Shown here: positions 46,346-56,622 of the stretch, in pieces
Layout: every line of letters starts with the position of its first letter
Numbering within the stretch: the first letter of the stretch is position 1
Origin: Escherichia phage KIT01
Length of the DNA: 64,000 nt
Direction: 5' to 3' (one strand)
Sequence record: AP019521.1
Position numbers and translations under genes: made by a program
Notes under the pieces: model-generated
The model's input: only the letters and a program-made list of their open reading frames with translations
What the model was told of the DNA's origin: nothing
Databases searched by the model: none

Positions 46346-46843
46346 ATGGAAGGGGCCTCAATCGATGTTACGTTTACTGCTCAATTAGAAACAAACGAAA
46401 CATTAGTTGAAATAAATATAACAGAATATGAGCCTACAGAAGGCATTATTGTCGATGGAGCTCATTTATATGGAACCTACGAATCGGTATTTGGATTCTC
46501 TGAAGATGCCTTGAAATATCGATTAAACGATGAATTTAAAACAGCCGGTTCATGGAAAGACCTACCGGCCGACAGTAACACTCAATTATACCTCTGGAAA
46601 GCTCCTAGTAATCTTCAGAAGACGTTTTCTTACACAGTCACATTAACCTATGACTTTCAAGAAGAGTCATCAGGAGGTGATACAGGGAACTCAGGCGGTA
46701 GTAACTCTAGAGCTGGCGCAGAAACCGATCCACCTCCGGCTCCTGTAAGAAAAACCCTTACTAAGGTTTATACCAAGGTTATTGTCGGTAATTGGAGCAA
46801 GTGGGCTTCACAATTAAGAGAATACGTATACGCGAGGTCATAA
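46346..46843 (+). CDS. gp5.1-like protein
   Basis: ATG 46346 after AGGAG; between 5 and 5.4. Confidence 0.55.
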   Translation: MEGASIDVTFTAQLETNETLVEINITEYEPTEGIIVDGAHLYGTYESVFGFSEDALKYRLNDEFKTAGSWKDLPADSNTQLYLWKAPSNLQKTFSYTVTLTYDFQEESSGGDTGNSGGSNSRAGAETDPPPAPVRKTLTKVYTKVIVGNWSKWASQLREYVYARS

Positions 46844-47137
46844 ATGTCAGGCTTAAGTTATAACCAATGTGTAACGGCAGGTCATGAAGCATGGCCTCCT
46901 ACAGTAATAAACGCCACCCAAGGTAAAGTATTTACGGGTGGTATTCCTGTATTAGTAGATGGTGACCCTATTACAGAACATACAGAAATTAAAAAACCAT
47001 ATGAAACCCATGGTGGGGTAACCCAACCTAGAACATCAAAGGTATATGTTACAGGCAAAAAGGCTGTCCAGATGGCAGACCCTATTTCGTGCGGAGATAC
47101 AGTCGCACAAGCCTCATCTAAAGTATTCATAAAATAG
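46844..47137 (+). CDS. 5.4: PAAR-repeat spike tip protein gp5.4
   Basis: 97 aa; [26 protein letters not shown]... matches T4 gp5.4. Confidence 0.85.
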   Translation: MSGLSYNQCVTAGHEAWPPTVINATQGKVFTGGIPVLVDGDPITEHTEIKKPYETHGGVTQPRTSKVYVTGKKAVQMADPISCGDTVAQASSKVFIK

Positions 47138-47145
47138 GAATTAAA

Positions 47146-49104
47146 ATGGCTACTCCTACGAATTACCAATTAACAAGAACCGTTAACGCTATCCCAAAAG
47201 TATTTGTGGGAGCTACGTTTGAAGAGATTAAAAAGAATATTATCGATTGGCTTTCTAGCCAGGATGAATTTAAGGATTATGATTTCGTAGGTTCGCGAAT
47301 GAATATCCTGATTGACATGTTAGCTTACAATACCCTTTATATGCAGCAGTTTGCTAATACTGCGGTATATGAATCTTTCATCGGCACTGCTAACTTGCGT
47401 TCCTCCGTCGTCCAGGCTGCACAGGATAACGGCTATTTGCCAAGTTCTAAATCAGCAGCCAAAACAAGTATCATGTTGACCTGTACTCAAGCCCTGAATG
47501 AAAAGAATATTCGTATCCCACGTGGTACTAAATTCTTGGCCTATGCCCGTGATACTTCAGCGGACCCGTATGCTTTTGTTACCACGGAAAACGTTATTGC
47601 CGTACGTGATGTCAATAACCAATATCTTCCTATTGTATCTTTAGCACAGGGCCGTATTATTCGTACCGAACTTAAGTATGACCCTAAAACCCCTATTCTT
47701 ATTCGTGACCCGGATATCGATAGACAAGAAGTTAAACTTTATGTCGATGGAGCAGAATGGACTAACTGGACTAATAAATCCATGGTTCACGCTGGTAGCA
47801 CATCTACCATTTATTATATGCGCGAAACCGTAGATGGTAATACCGAATTCTTCTTTGGTGAAGGTGTTGCTGAAAAATCAGTTGCGGGTGGTGTATTAGA
47901 AGCCAATTATATCGGTGGTTTAAAACCTGTTAAAGATGCCACTATTGTTATAGAATATCTTCGTACTGATGGCGAAGTTGCTAACGGGGCGGTGGACTTT
48001 AGTTATGCGGATTCTTTGGCATATATTACGGTTGAAAAAATTACAGAAAACTACGATGAAAACCCGGATTATGTAGGTGCTGACGGTGGTGGTGACCCAG
48101 AAGATATTGAACGTATTCGTGAACTTGCCGTAGTTAAACGTGAAGCCCAGATGCGTGCTGTAACCGGTACAGATTACGATACATTCGTTTCAGAGCGATT
48201 TGGTTCTATTGTACAAGCAGTACAAACCTTTACAGACCCAAATAAACCAGGTTATGCCTTTGTTACCATTAAACCTAAATCAGGATTATATTTAACTGCG
48301 GTTCAACGCGAAGATATCCAAAATTATCTTTCAGAATTTAACTTGGCTCCTATTACTCCTTCGGTTATTTCTCCTGACTACTTGTTCTTGAAGCATAAAA
48401 TTAAGGTTTCATATGCACTGAACAAATTACAGGAATCCGAACAATGGCTAACGGCTCAAATCCTTTCCCAAATAGACCGTTATTATATTAACGAAGTTGA
48501 AATATTCAACCACGGATTTGCCAAGTCTAAAATGTTGACTTATATTGATAATGCGGACCACAGTATCCTTGGCTCTTCGGCTACGGTAACAATGGTTCGC
48601 GAGGTATTAAACTTCTTCAAAACACCTGAAGCAGGTATTAAATACTATAATCAATACACCAACCGTTCTGTAACTTCTAGTGAATTTGAGTTCGTCCCAA
48701 CAAACGTATCGGATGTTGTTAAATCTTACAACGTGCGTATTGTTGCTACAGATAAAGACGAACGAGGCGATGGTAAAATGGTTATAGGTCCTTTCCGACC
48801 TGGCGATGTAATTGAAAACCAATACATCCAACCTTATACCGGAGATGACTTTGATAAAATGGTAGCGCCTGCAGACCAATCAGTCTACTATGTTATTGGC
48901 GAAATTGATTATTACTCAGACTTTATTTTCTGGGATATCGCCGCAATAGGCCTTACTTCCGACCGTTTTGAAGTCCAGTCTATTGAACTTTATGCAGGGC
49001 CAGACCAAGACAACATCTTTACCAAAGACGGTTCTTTAATCGTATTTGAAGATGACCTTCGTCCTCAGTACACAACTATAGAGTTGGAACCAATTACAAT
49101 ATAA
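47146..49104 (+). CDS. 6: baseplate wedge protein gp6
   Basis: 652 aa; NYQLTRTVNAIPKVFVG...DYDFVGSRMN resembles T4 gp6. Confidence 0.85.
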   Translation: MATPTNYQLTRTVNAIPKVFVGATFEEIKKNIIDWLSSQDEFKDYDFVGSRMNILIDMLAYNTLYMQQFANTAVYESFIGTANLRSSVVQAAQDNGYLPSSKSAAKTSIMLTCTQALNEKNIRIPRGTKFLAYARDTSADPYAFVTTENVIAVRDVNNQYLPIVSLAQGRIIRTELKYDPKTPILIRDPDIDRQEVKLYVDGAEWTNWTNKSMVHAGSTSTIYYMRETVDGNTEFFFGEGVAEKSVAGGVLEANYIGGLKPVKDATIVIEYLRTDGEVANGAVDFSYADSLAYITVEKITENYDENPDYVGADGGGDPEDIERIRELAVVKREAQMRAVTGTDYDTFVSERFGSIVQAVQTFTDPNKPGYAFVTIKPKSGLYLTAVQREDIQNYLSEFNLAPITPSVISPDYLFLKHKIKVSYALNKLQESEQWLTAQILSQIDRYYINEVEIFNHGFAKSKMLTYIDNADHSILGSSATVTMVREVLNFFKTPEAGIKYYNQYTNRSVTSSEFEFVPTNVSDVVKSYNVRIVATDKDERGDGKMVIGPFRPGDVIENQYIQPYTGDDFDKMVAPADQSVYYVIGEIDYYSDFIFWDIAAIGLTSDRFEVQSIELYAGPDQDNIFTKDGSLIVFEDDLRPQYTTIELEPITI

Positions 49105-49131
49105 GCCTCTTCGGAGGTTTAAGGAGATTTA

Positions 49132-52100
49132 ATGTCTGTACAAGCGCCTTATGTTACTAGTCTGAGAATTGATAAACTCTCGGCTAACCATGTGAGCATT
49201 CTTTGGGATGACGTAGGCGCCAACTTCTATTATTTCGTAGAACTGGCCCAAACGAAGGATGCGGGTGTAGAAATTCCCGACGATAGATTATTTTGGAGAA
49301 ATTTAGGTTACACCCCTAATAACGAATGGTTTGAAGAGGCATTCATTTCTCCTAATTCATTTTATAAAATGCGAGTTGCGGTGGCCGCCCAGGGGTTTGA
49401 GCAGTCTGAATGGGTTTACACTGAAGAATTTGAAACTTTCTCTACCAACGCATATACATTTGAGCATATGCGCGAATTCGCTTTGTCTAGTAAATTTATT
49501 GAAGAAAAATTCACAAAAAATAATCAGAATTATGTGAACTTTAATACTGATGCCATTATGGCTTCCTTAATGACGGAAGATTTCAACTTTACACCAGCGT
49601 ATTCGCATTTGTCATCTATATCAAATTATGTTTTAAAAGCCGACCGATTCCATGAAATCCAAGGAAGCATTCAAGCAGTTTGTAAAGACCCTAAACGTTC
49701 TATTTTAATGGAACTTGGTGGCGTACTTTACCTTTTAGAAAGATTCCAAAGCACTGCTAAGGTTTCTAATGATAAAGGACAGAACTGGCATTATATCCGT
49801 TTGTTTAATGACCGGGTAGGTAACCCTGTTTCACGTACGGTACATTACCAAACTGAAACGACTACTTATGTTCTAGGTTACGACCAAATATTTTACGGAC
49901 GTAAATCAAGTGATATTCGTTGGTCTGCTGATGATGTTAGATTTAGTTCCCAAGATGTAACTTTTGCTAAAATAGGTAGTGATATCGACCTTCCATTTGA
50001 AATCGAGATATTTGGTTCATACGCAAAGCTTCCTTTACCTATTTCTACTATCGCTGAGGCCATGTGCGCATCTGACGATTTCATTTATGTTGCAGGTAGA
50101 GACCGAGTTTATAAAGCAAAAACATCCGAGGCCCCTATAGACACTGACCCTAGTTCTCCGACTTATGGAGAGAAGATATTTGAAAGCGGATATTCGACTA
50201 TCACAGGGAACCCTAAAGCCGTTTGTTATAAATTAGATTCTATCCAAGGCCATACGTTTGCTTTAATTACAGGCGAAGTTAAAGAAGAAAAAATGGACCC
50301 TACAGTCGAATCTAATGTGGTCGATTCTGAATCCAAAGGTGTTTATTGGTTAGACACTTCAACCGATACATGGACCCGTGTATTTGGAAACACCGAAGAA
50401 GAACGTCGTCGTATAGAGCATGGATATACCAGCATGTCCACCGACGGAGAGGAATTATTTTTCAGTTCAAGCAACTTTAGATATGAAGTAGAGGTTGATT
50501 CTGAACTTCCTTTGGAATATCCTGAAATTGTCACTTCAGCCGTTAAATATGTTAAAGATGAACAATGGATTCATGATAAGCATTATTTGATGATGAGTTT
50601 TAGGTCTAACTCTAAATCTGATTTCAAAGAATTTAAACCTGGTCGTATGGCTTATTATGCCGAACCATTCTTTAGTTGGTCTCGACGTGATGGAACCCGT
50701 TCATGGATTACTACTAGCGACCACGCGATGGTTGTTTATAACGATGCTTTATACCAGAAAATTATCGACCTGAACAGTGGTTCTTCACCTGAACGTATTG
50801 TTCATGAGATTTGGAATAAAGGTTTTTGTAAAGTCACGTCTCCTAATATAGAATTTAATGGCTTTAAGAAATATTCTTCCGGAATGATGATTCACAAATC
50901 TACAGGTGAATTGGTTGGATATTTTGAATTTGACTATCGCGTGCGTGATGAAGTCCGTGTTATTTGGAAGCCTAAAGAAGTTATGTTTACGGCTGAATTG
51001 CAAAACCAAGAACATGAAATACCGTGGAAGCCCAAAGAAGAAGTTGGTGAGCAAGACCCGGACCTCCAACCTTTACTGGTTAAAATGATTCCAGATAGTT
51101 ATTTGCTTCAAGATACCAATTTTGAAAAATTCTGCGAATACTATCTCCAATTTATTAGTGATGGCTCAGGTACACACTATAATAATTTGTTGAATCTTAT
51201 TCGTAACCAATACCCACGTGAAGAAGATTCATGGGAATATTTGTGGTCGGAAATCTATAAGCGTAATATCTATTTGTCGAAAGAAAAACGCGATGAAGTT
51301 GTTCGTTTTTTCCAGGCGCGCCAAACTGATTTTTGGTCTACAAAAGGTACTGAAGCTTCATATAAATTCCTGTTTAAATTGCTTTACAACGAAGATGTCG
51401 AAATTGATATCGAGTCCAAGAACTCTATCGAATATGATATCATCGTAGAATCCGATAATATCAGTGAAGATATCGTAGGCCAAACGATTTATACTCCTAC
51501 GGGTCGTAGTAATGTTACTTATATAGAACGAAATTACAAAGATGGTAAACTGCAATGGCGTTTAACCATTCATAATCTTTTAGGTCGTTTTATAGTCGGA
51601 CAGGAAATTAAATCTGAACGTACTTCGTTCAAGGGTATGATTGTTCAGGGCGTACGCGGTAAAGAGCTTTTGAGTAACAATATCGACTATATCAACCGTA
51701 ACCGTTCTTATTATGTGATGACCATTAAGTCTAATCTCCCTACCTCTCGTTATCGCAACGATGTTTTGAGATTTGTCCATCCGGTAGGTTTCGGCTTTGT
51801 AGGTATAACTTTGCTTTCTATGTTTGTTAACGTAGGTTTAACGCTAAAACATACAGAAACTATTATTAATATCCTTAAGAACTATAAATGGGACTCAGGT
51901 TTGCCATCTGAATGGTATGATAGAGTTGCTGTAATAGGTTTTGATGGTAATATAGAACGAGACCCTAGAACAGGACTTCCGGTTTATAACGTAGGACCTA
52001 AAGCAGGAGAACCGTTTGATATTCCTGCTGATTATGATGCAGAAAATGATTTCTCTGTATTCCAAGGTCAATTACCACACGAACGTATTAAAAAGCATAG

Positions 52101-52227
52101 TCCATTGTTTGACCAAAGTGCTGTGACCTTTGCCAATTGGCGTGCACTGGTTGATAAGCGTCTTAAAGACGATATTGGAAATCCTAGAGACCCTAAAGTT
52201 CCAACTCAGGTAAAAATTAATGATTAA
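49132..52227 (+). CDS. 7: baseplate wedge protein gp7
   Basis: 1031 aa, size and position of T4 gp7. Confidence 0.8.
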   Translation: MSVQAPYVTSLRIDKLSANHVSILWDDVGANFYYFVELAQTKDAGVEIPDDRLFWRNLGYTPNNEWFEEAFISPNSFYKMRVAVAAQGFEQSEWVYTEEFETFSTNAYTFEHMREFALSSKFIEEKFTKNNQNYVNFNTDAIMASLMTEDFNFTPAYSHLSSISNYVLKADRFHEIQGSIQAVCKDPKRSILMELGGVLYLLERFQSTAKVSNDKGQNWHYIRLFNDRVGNPVSRTVHYQTETTTYVLGYDQIFYGRKSSDIRWSADDVRFSSQDVTFAKIGSDIDLPFEIEIFGSYAKLPLPISTIAEAMCASDDFIYVAGRDRVYKAKTSEAPIDTDPSSPTYGEKIFESGYSTITGNPKAVCYKLDSIQGHTFALITGEVKEEKMDPTVESNVVDSESKGVYWLDTSTDTWTRVFGNTEEERRRIEHGYTSMSTDGEELFFSSSNFRYEVEVDSELPLEYPEIVTSAVKYVKDEQWIHDKHYLMMSFRSNSKSDFKEFKPGRMAYYAEPFFSWSRRDGTRSWITTSDHAMVVYNDALYQKIIDLNSGSSPERIVHEIWNKGFCKVTSPNIEFNGFKKYSSGMMIHKSTGELVGYFEFDYRVRDEVRVIWKPKEVMFTAELQNQEHEIPWKPKEEVGEQDPDLQPLLVKMIPDSYLLQDTNFEKFCEYYLQFISDGSGTHYNNLLNLIRNQYPREEDSWEYLWSEIYKRNIYLSKEKRDEVVRFFQARQTDFWSTKGTEASYKFLFKLLYNEDVEIDIESKNSIEYDIIVESDNISEDIVGQTIYTPTGRSNVTYIERNYKDGKLQWRLTIHNLLGRFIVGQEIKSERTSFKGMIVQGVRGKELLSNNIDYINRNRSYYVMTIKSNLPTSRYRNDVLRFVHPVGFGFVGITLLSMFVNVGLTLKHTETIINILKNYKWDSGLPSEWYDRVAVIGFDGNIERDPRTGLPVYNVGPKAGEPFDIPADYDAENDFSVFQGQLPHERIKKHSPLFDQSAVTFANWRALVDKRLKDDIGNPRDPKVPTQVKIND

Positions 52228-53224
52228 TTCTACAGTAGTTTATCGTTCTATTGTTACTTCAAAATTTAGAACGGAAAAAATGTACAACTTTTACAGAACA
52301 ATAGGTGATGGTGAAGACCAGAACACTATGTATGTATCTTTCGGAAGGGCCCGACCATGGGCCGATAACGAAAACGACCCAGGTTTTGCCCCGCCATATC
52401 CTGTAGATGATTCTGAGGGCGTAGAAGACGTCTGGACCAACATGATGGGATGCGTTAAGGTTTATAAGAGCATGTTGGATTGTGTTGTTCCTCGCAAAGA
52501 CTGGGGCGATACCTCTTATCCTAATCCGTTTACTTTCCAGATTGGTGAAATTGTAGTGGCGAACAGCCAGCCGCAAAACCGTACTGATGTCGGTGCCGGG
52601 TGGATGGTTTATCGTTGTGTAGATATCCCAGAATCAGGTACATGTTCTATTTTGTCCCTTGATAATAAAACTGAGTGTATTAAACTTGGTGGTAAATGGA
52701 CCTCAAATGTACAGTCGGTTAAAGCCCCTGCAGGACAAGGCGATACGGAAGGTATGGTTGATACAGGTGATGGATATCTCTGGGAATATTTGTATGAGAT
52801 TCCACCTGATGTAAGTATAAACCGTTGCACTAATGAGTATATTGTGGTTCCATGGCCGGAAGAAATTGCCGAAGACCCGGAACGTTGGGGATACGAGAAT
52901 AACCTTACTTGGCAGCAAGACGATTATGGATTGATTTATCGTATTAAAGGCAATACCATTCGTTTTAAAGCATTCTTAGATTCAGTTTACTTCCCTGAAT
53001 TTAGTCTGCCTGGTAACAAAGGGTTTAGACAGCTTTCGATAATTTCTAACCCGTTAGAAGCTAAAGCTCACCCGTCCGATCCGATCATTAAAGCCGAAAA
53101 AGAGTACTATGATGTTATAGACCTCTCCCGCCATTCAGGTGAAATGATTTATATGGAAAACCGTCCTCCGGTTATTCGTTCCATGGACCAAACAGAAGAA
53201 ATTAACATTATCTTCGAATTCTAA
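52220..53224 (+). CDS. 8: baseplate wedge protein gp8
   Basis: 334 aa, same length as T4 gp8; overlaps gene 7 stop. Confidence 0.8.
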   Translation: MINSTVVYRSIVTSKFRTEKMYNFYRTIGDGEDQNTMYVSFGRARPWADNENDPGFAPPYPVDDSEGVEDVWTNMMGCVKVYKSMLDCVVPRKDWGDTSYPNPFTFQIGEIVVANSQPQNRTDVGAGWMVYRCVDIPESGTCSILSLDNKTECIKLGGKWTSNVQSVKAPAGQGDTEGMVDTGDGYLWEYLYEIPPDVSINRCTNEYIVVPWPEEIAEDPERWGYENNLTWQQDDYGLIYRIKGNTIRFKAFLDSVYFPEFSLPGNKGFRQLSIISNPLEAKAHPSDPIIKAEKEYYDVIDLSRHSGEMIYMENRPPVIRSMDQTEEINIIFEF

Positions 53225-53227
53225 TAA

Positions 53228-53250
53228 GGGCCGCAAGGCCCTTTCGGGTT
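53228..53250 (+). terminator. rho-independent terminator after gene 8
   Basis: GGGCC-GCAA-GGCCC hairpin followed by TTTCGGGTTT. Confidence 0.5.
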
Positions 53251-53285
53251 TAATAAATACAGTATATCAATAATGAGGCATACCT

Positions 53286-54146
53286 ATGATTAAGCAAACT
53301 GGTAAAGAACTAATTGACGTCGGTGAAATTGGTAATGCCAGCACCGGCGACATTCTTTATGATGGTGGTGTTAAACTGAACACTGACTTAAACAACATCT
53401 ATAATACTTTCGGCGACCAACGCAAAACTGCTTTAACTGGCGAATTAACCGGTCAGAAATTACACGCTACAGGTTATTATCAAAAATTTGGTGATATGGA
53501 CCAAGCAAGCTCAGTAGATTTAGGCTCCTTGGTAGATATCGATGCTTCTACCGGTTCTATCGTGTTAACCACTGTAAAAGGTGCGGTCGGTGAAGGTATT
53601 GAAATAATTAACTCTAATGGAAGTATTTCAGCTACCAACTATCTTGAAATCCGTATATTAGATACTTTCGCGAGCCATTCATCTTCGTCTTTGCGTATTG
53701 TGACACCTTATACACGAGTTCTTTTATGGTGTGTATCAGATACAAACGGCATTGCAGTATGGGATTATTCAATTGAAAGTATGTTTGGTGATAAACGAAT
53801 TCCATTAAATAAGACATATAATATATCTTCTGTCGCTCGTGATATTCCGGTGGTTTATTCCGGCCAGTATTCATTGGTCAAACTTTTAGTTACGGCAGTG
53901 AATGCCAACGAAACCATTTACAAAGCTTCAGAATACCTTGTGTTTATCGACAACCAAGCTAGAAAGATTTATTCCACCGAATACGCCGTTATTAAACGTG
54001 GACAAACTTCAGATGATGACGAAATTTATTCCCTAGATTTTAAATTCGATACATCAAACTATATTATCGCGACCGCTTCTTCTGTCAATCCTATGAGGCT
54101 TGCAATTAAGGTCGTAGAAACCCAAACTATTGGAGTTCCAGTATAA
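53286..54146 (+). CDS. 9: baseplate wedge / long-tail-fibre socket protein gp9
   Basis: 286 aa, position and size of T4 gp9. Confidence 0.8.
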   Translation: MIKQTGKELIDVGEIGNASTGDILYDGGVKLNTDLNNIYNTFGDQRKTALTGELTGQKLHATGYYQKFGDMDQASSVDLGSLVDIDASTGSIVLTTVKGAVGEGIEIINSNGSISATNYLEIRILDTFASHSSSSLRIVTPYTRVLLWCVSDTNGIAVWDYSIESMFGDKRIPLNKTYNISSVARDIPVVYSGQYSLVKLLVTAVNANETIYKASEYLVFIDNQARKIYSTEYAVIKRGQTSDDDEIYSLDFKFDTSNYIIATASSVNPMRLAIKVVETQTIGVPV

Positions 54147-55957
54147 TGAAACAAGACTTAAAAGTAGGTTCCGCTGTTGATGACGGGTCCGGTGATTACC
54201 TGCGTGCAGGTGGTCTTAAAATTAATAACAACTTCAATGAGCTTTATTACCAATTAGGTGATGGCAACAACCCACATGCAGCAGGTGCTTGGAAACAGCA
54301 TTCTACTGCAGATGGTGCTTTGTTGAACGCTGTAATGGGTCATAGCTATACCCTTAATACTCAAGGTGGGCGTATTAACGTTCAGCTTCCTAAAGGCTCC
54401 CCTGAAGAATATAACTTTGTTATCCGTGTACGTGACGTGTATTCTTCATGGCAAGCTAACCCGGTAACCCTAATCCCTGCCACAGGTGATACCATTAAGG
54501 GTTCAGCTACTCAAGTAGAAATTGCTCGCAACTTCTCTGACCTTGAATTAGTTTATTGTGCCCCAGGACGTTGGGAATACGTTGAAAATAAGCAAGTAAA
54601 CCGTATTCCAAATAACGACCTCGCTACCGTAGCCACCAAGCAATTTATTGCCACCGAAGGTCAAACAGATTTTTTAGACATTTTCCCAGGGCTTTCTTAT
54701 AACGTGGCGAGTTTAAGCGTTTCACAACGTGGTAACAATTTGTTCTACGGTGTTGATGATATTTTTGACGCTGCTACCGCAGAGTTCGGTTCTCCGGGTG
54801 CTCAACCGGGCGAATTGGTAGCTTTGAATGGTAAGGACATCCGTTTAAAATATCCTTGTGAAGCAGGTGATACTGTTATTATCAAATCATATAATGACGG
54901 ACTTGCCCAATGGCGTAGTTCTTATAACCGCCGTGATATAACAATCCAAAGTTCAGAATTGACTAAAAACGTTTCTGTTCCTGGTTCTTCTTTCGTCGGA
55001 GATTTGAATACTTCGCATGTTATATCAGCCGCTGATTTGAATATTTCTGTTAACAGCCCTATCAACCCAAATGCTTGTCAAGTCATGCTTAATAGCACAT
55101 TACTTCATCAAGCTGGTACAGCTGGACTTCCTTCGTTTTATTGTGAAGGTGCCGATGGTCGTACTGCTACCGAGTGTTTTAATGCTGGCGGCCAATGGAC
55201 CCAATCTAAATCAGACTATATTTTTAATTTGACTCCTGAAGACAAGATTGAATCCATCGAATTTGGACGTAACTTTGAACATGGTGATATTCTTACAGTA
55301 ATTTGGTACAATAATGATATCGGTACCACCATGGAAATTGATGAGATTTTAGATTATACCAACAACATCTATATTTCTAAAGGTCCATCGATTGATATAA
55401 CAGGGCAGGTTCGTATTACTGATGTAGATAATCCTTTTGCACCTAACGTTGAACCTGTTGCCGCGTCCAATATTACAATAGATACAGCAGCAACGTTTTT
55501 TGATTTGGTTTATCCAATAGGAACCATCTATGAGAATACGGTGAACCCTAATAACCCTAAAACATATATGGGCTTTGGTTCATGGAAGCGTTTATCTGAT
55601 GTGTTCTTGGTAGGTTGGTCTCCTGACGCTAGTTCTTTGTTTAATGCAAATAACAACGATCTGGATTCTGCTGGTATTCCGCAGTCAACTGCCGGTGGTA
55701 CTGGTGGCGCTCATGTGGCTAATTTGAAATATGAGAATATCCCTGAACTTAACACCGATGATAAAGTCCTTATTGCTGATAACGATGGCCCTATTTTTGT
55801 AGGTGGATGTTTAGTTGACCCTGATTCACAAGGACCAGCTTATACAAAATATCGTGAAGATAAAGCCAGTATTAATAAGGCTCAAGGAACCACTCCTATC
55901 CCGGTTAATACTCTACCACCATACTTAACTGTTCATCGCTGGATGAGGATTGCATAA
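54146..55957 (+). CDS. 10: baseplate wedge protein gp10
   Basis: 603 aa, position and size of T4 gp10. Confidence 0.8.
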   Translation: MKQDLKVGSAVDDGSGDYLRAGGLKINNNFNELYYQLGDGNNPHAAGAWKQHSTADGALLNAVMGHSYTLNTQGGRINVQLPKGSPEEYNFVIRVRDVYSSWQANPVTLIPATGDTIKGSATQVEIARNFSDLELVYCAPGRWEYVENKQVNRIPNNDLATVATKQFIATEGQTDFLDIFPGLSYNVASLSVSQRGNNLFYGVDDIFDAATAEFGSPGAQPGELVALNGKDIRLKYPCEAGDTVIIKSYNDGLAQWRSSYNRRDITIQSSELTKNVSVPGSSFVGDLNTSHVISAADLNISVNSPINPNACQVMLNSTLLHQAGTAGLPSFYCEGADGRTATECFNAGGQWTQSKSDYIFNLTPEDKIESIEFGRNFEHGDILTVIWYNNDIGTTMEIDEILDYTNNIYISKGPSIDITGQVRITDVDNPFAPNVEPVAASNITIDTAATFFDLVYPIGTIYENTVNPNNPKTYMGFGSWKRLSDVFLVGWSPDASSLFNANNNDLDSAGIPQSTAGGTGGAHVANLKYENIPELNTDDKVLIADNDGPIFVGGCLVDPDSQGPAYTKYREDKASINKAQGTTPIPVNTLPPYLTVHRWMRIA

Positions 55958-56622
55958 TGACTTTAACTGAAATGAAAAGCGGGTTAAAATCCCGCTTAGC
56001 CGATTATTTGGAATTATCTTACACTAGTGACAAGCCTACTGCTGTCGCTGACCAACGTCCTATTGGTGGTCCTTCTGCAAACCAAACCCAGAAGGGTGTT
56101 TATTTTCCTACGGTCCAAAGTGCAATAGATGATATTGCATTTAGAACAGAGCTTCCTGTGAACTCTGTTATTATTACCACAGAAAACAGAGCACCTGGAT
56201 TTATCCAGCAATCTGATAAAATTACATTTACCGGTTCTATTTCTTCAGGCGGTGAACTTGGCGACCCGGTTATTATTAAAGTGTTCGGACTTCCTGTAGA
56301 GGTCTTAGTTGGCGATTCATCTGTATTGGTTGCATCTAAAGTAAATGATGTGTTTTTAGACGCTATTGCTAATAGCTATATTTTGGCCGAAACTGCTATT
56401 GATGCCTTAGACCAATCTACCTTGAATATTAAATACAATGACTATCAGAATCATATTTTTTCACCATATAAACAATCGGGTTGTACAATTTCCCATACTA
56501 TAGTCCAACAGCCAAGGGCTGGATACGGTAAGTGGGAATACTTAGGTAACTCTACCCAATCGTTAGCAGGTGGTACAGTTAACGGCACGATTCCTTTATA
56601 TTACTATAAGAGATTATATTAA
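55957..56622 (+). CDS. 11: baseplate wedge protein gp11
   Basis: 221 aa, position and size of T4 gp11. Confidence 0.8.
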   Translation: MTLTEMKSGLKSRLADYLELSYTSDKPTAVADQRPIGGPSANQTQKGVYFPTVQSAIDDIAFRTELPVNSVIITTENRAPGFIQQSDKITFTGSISSGGELGDPVIIKVFGLPVEVLVGDSSVLVASKVNDVFLDAIANSYILAETAIDALDQSTLNIKYNDYQNHIFSPYKQSGCTISHTIVQQPRAGYGKWEYLGNSTQSLAGGTVNGTIPLYYYKRLY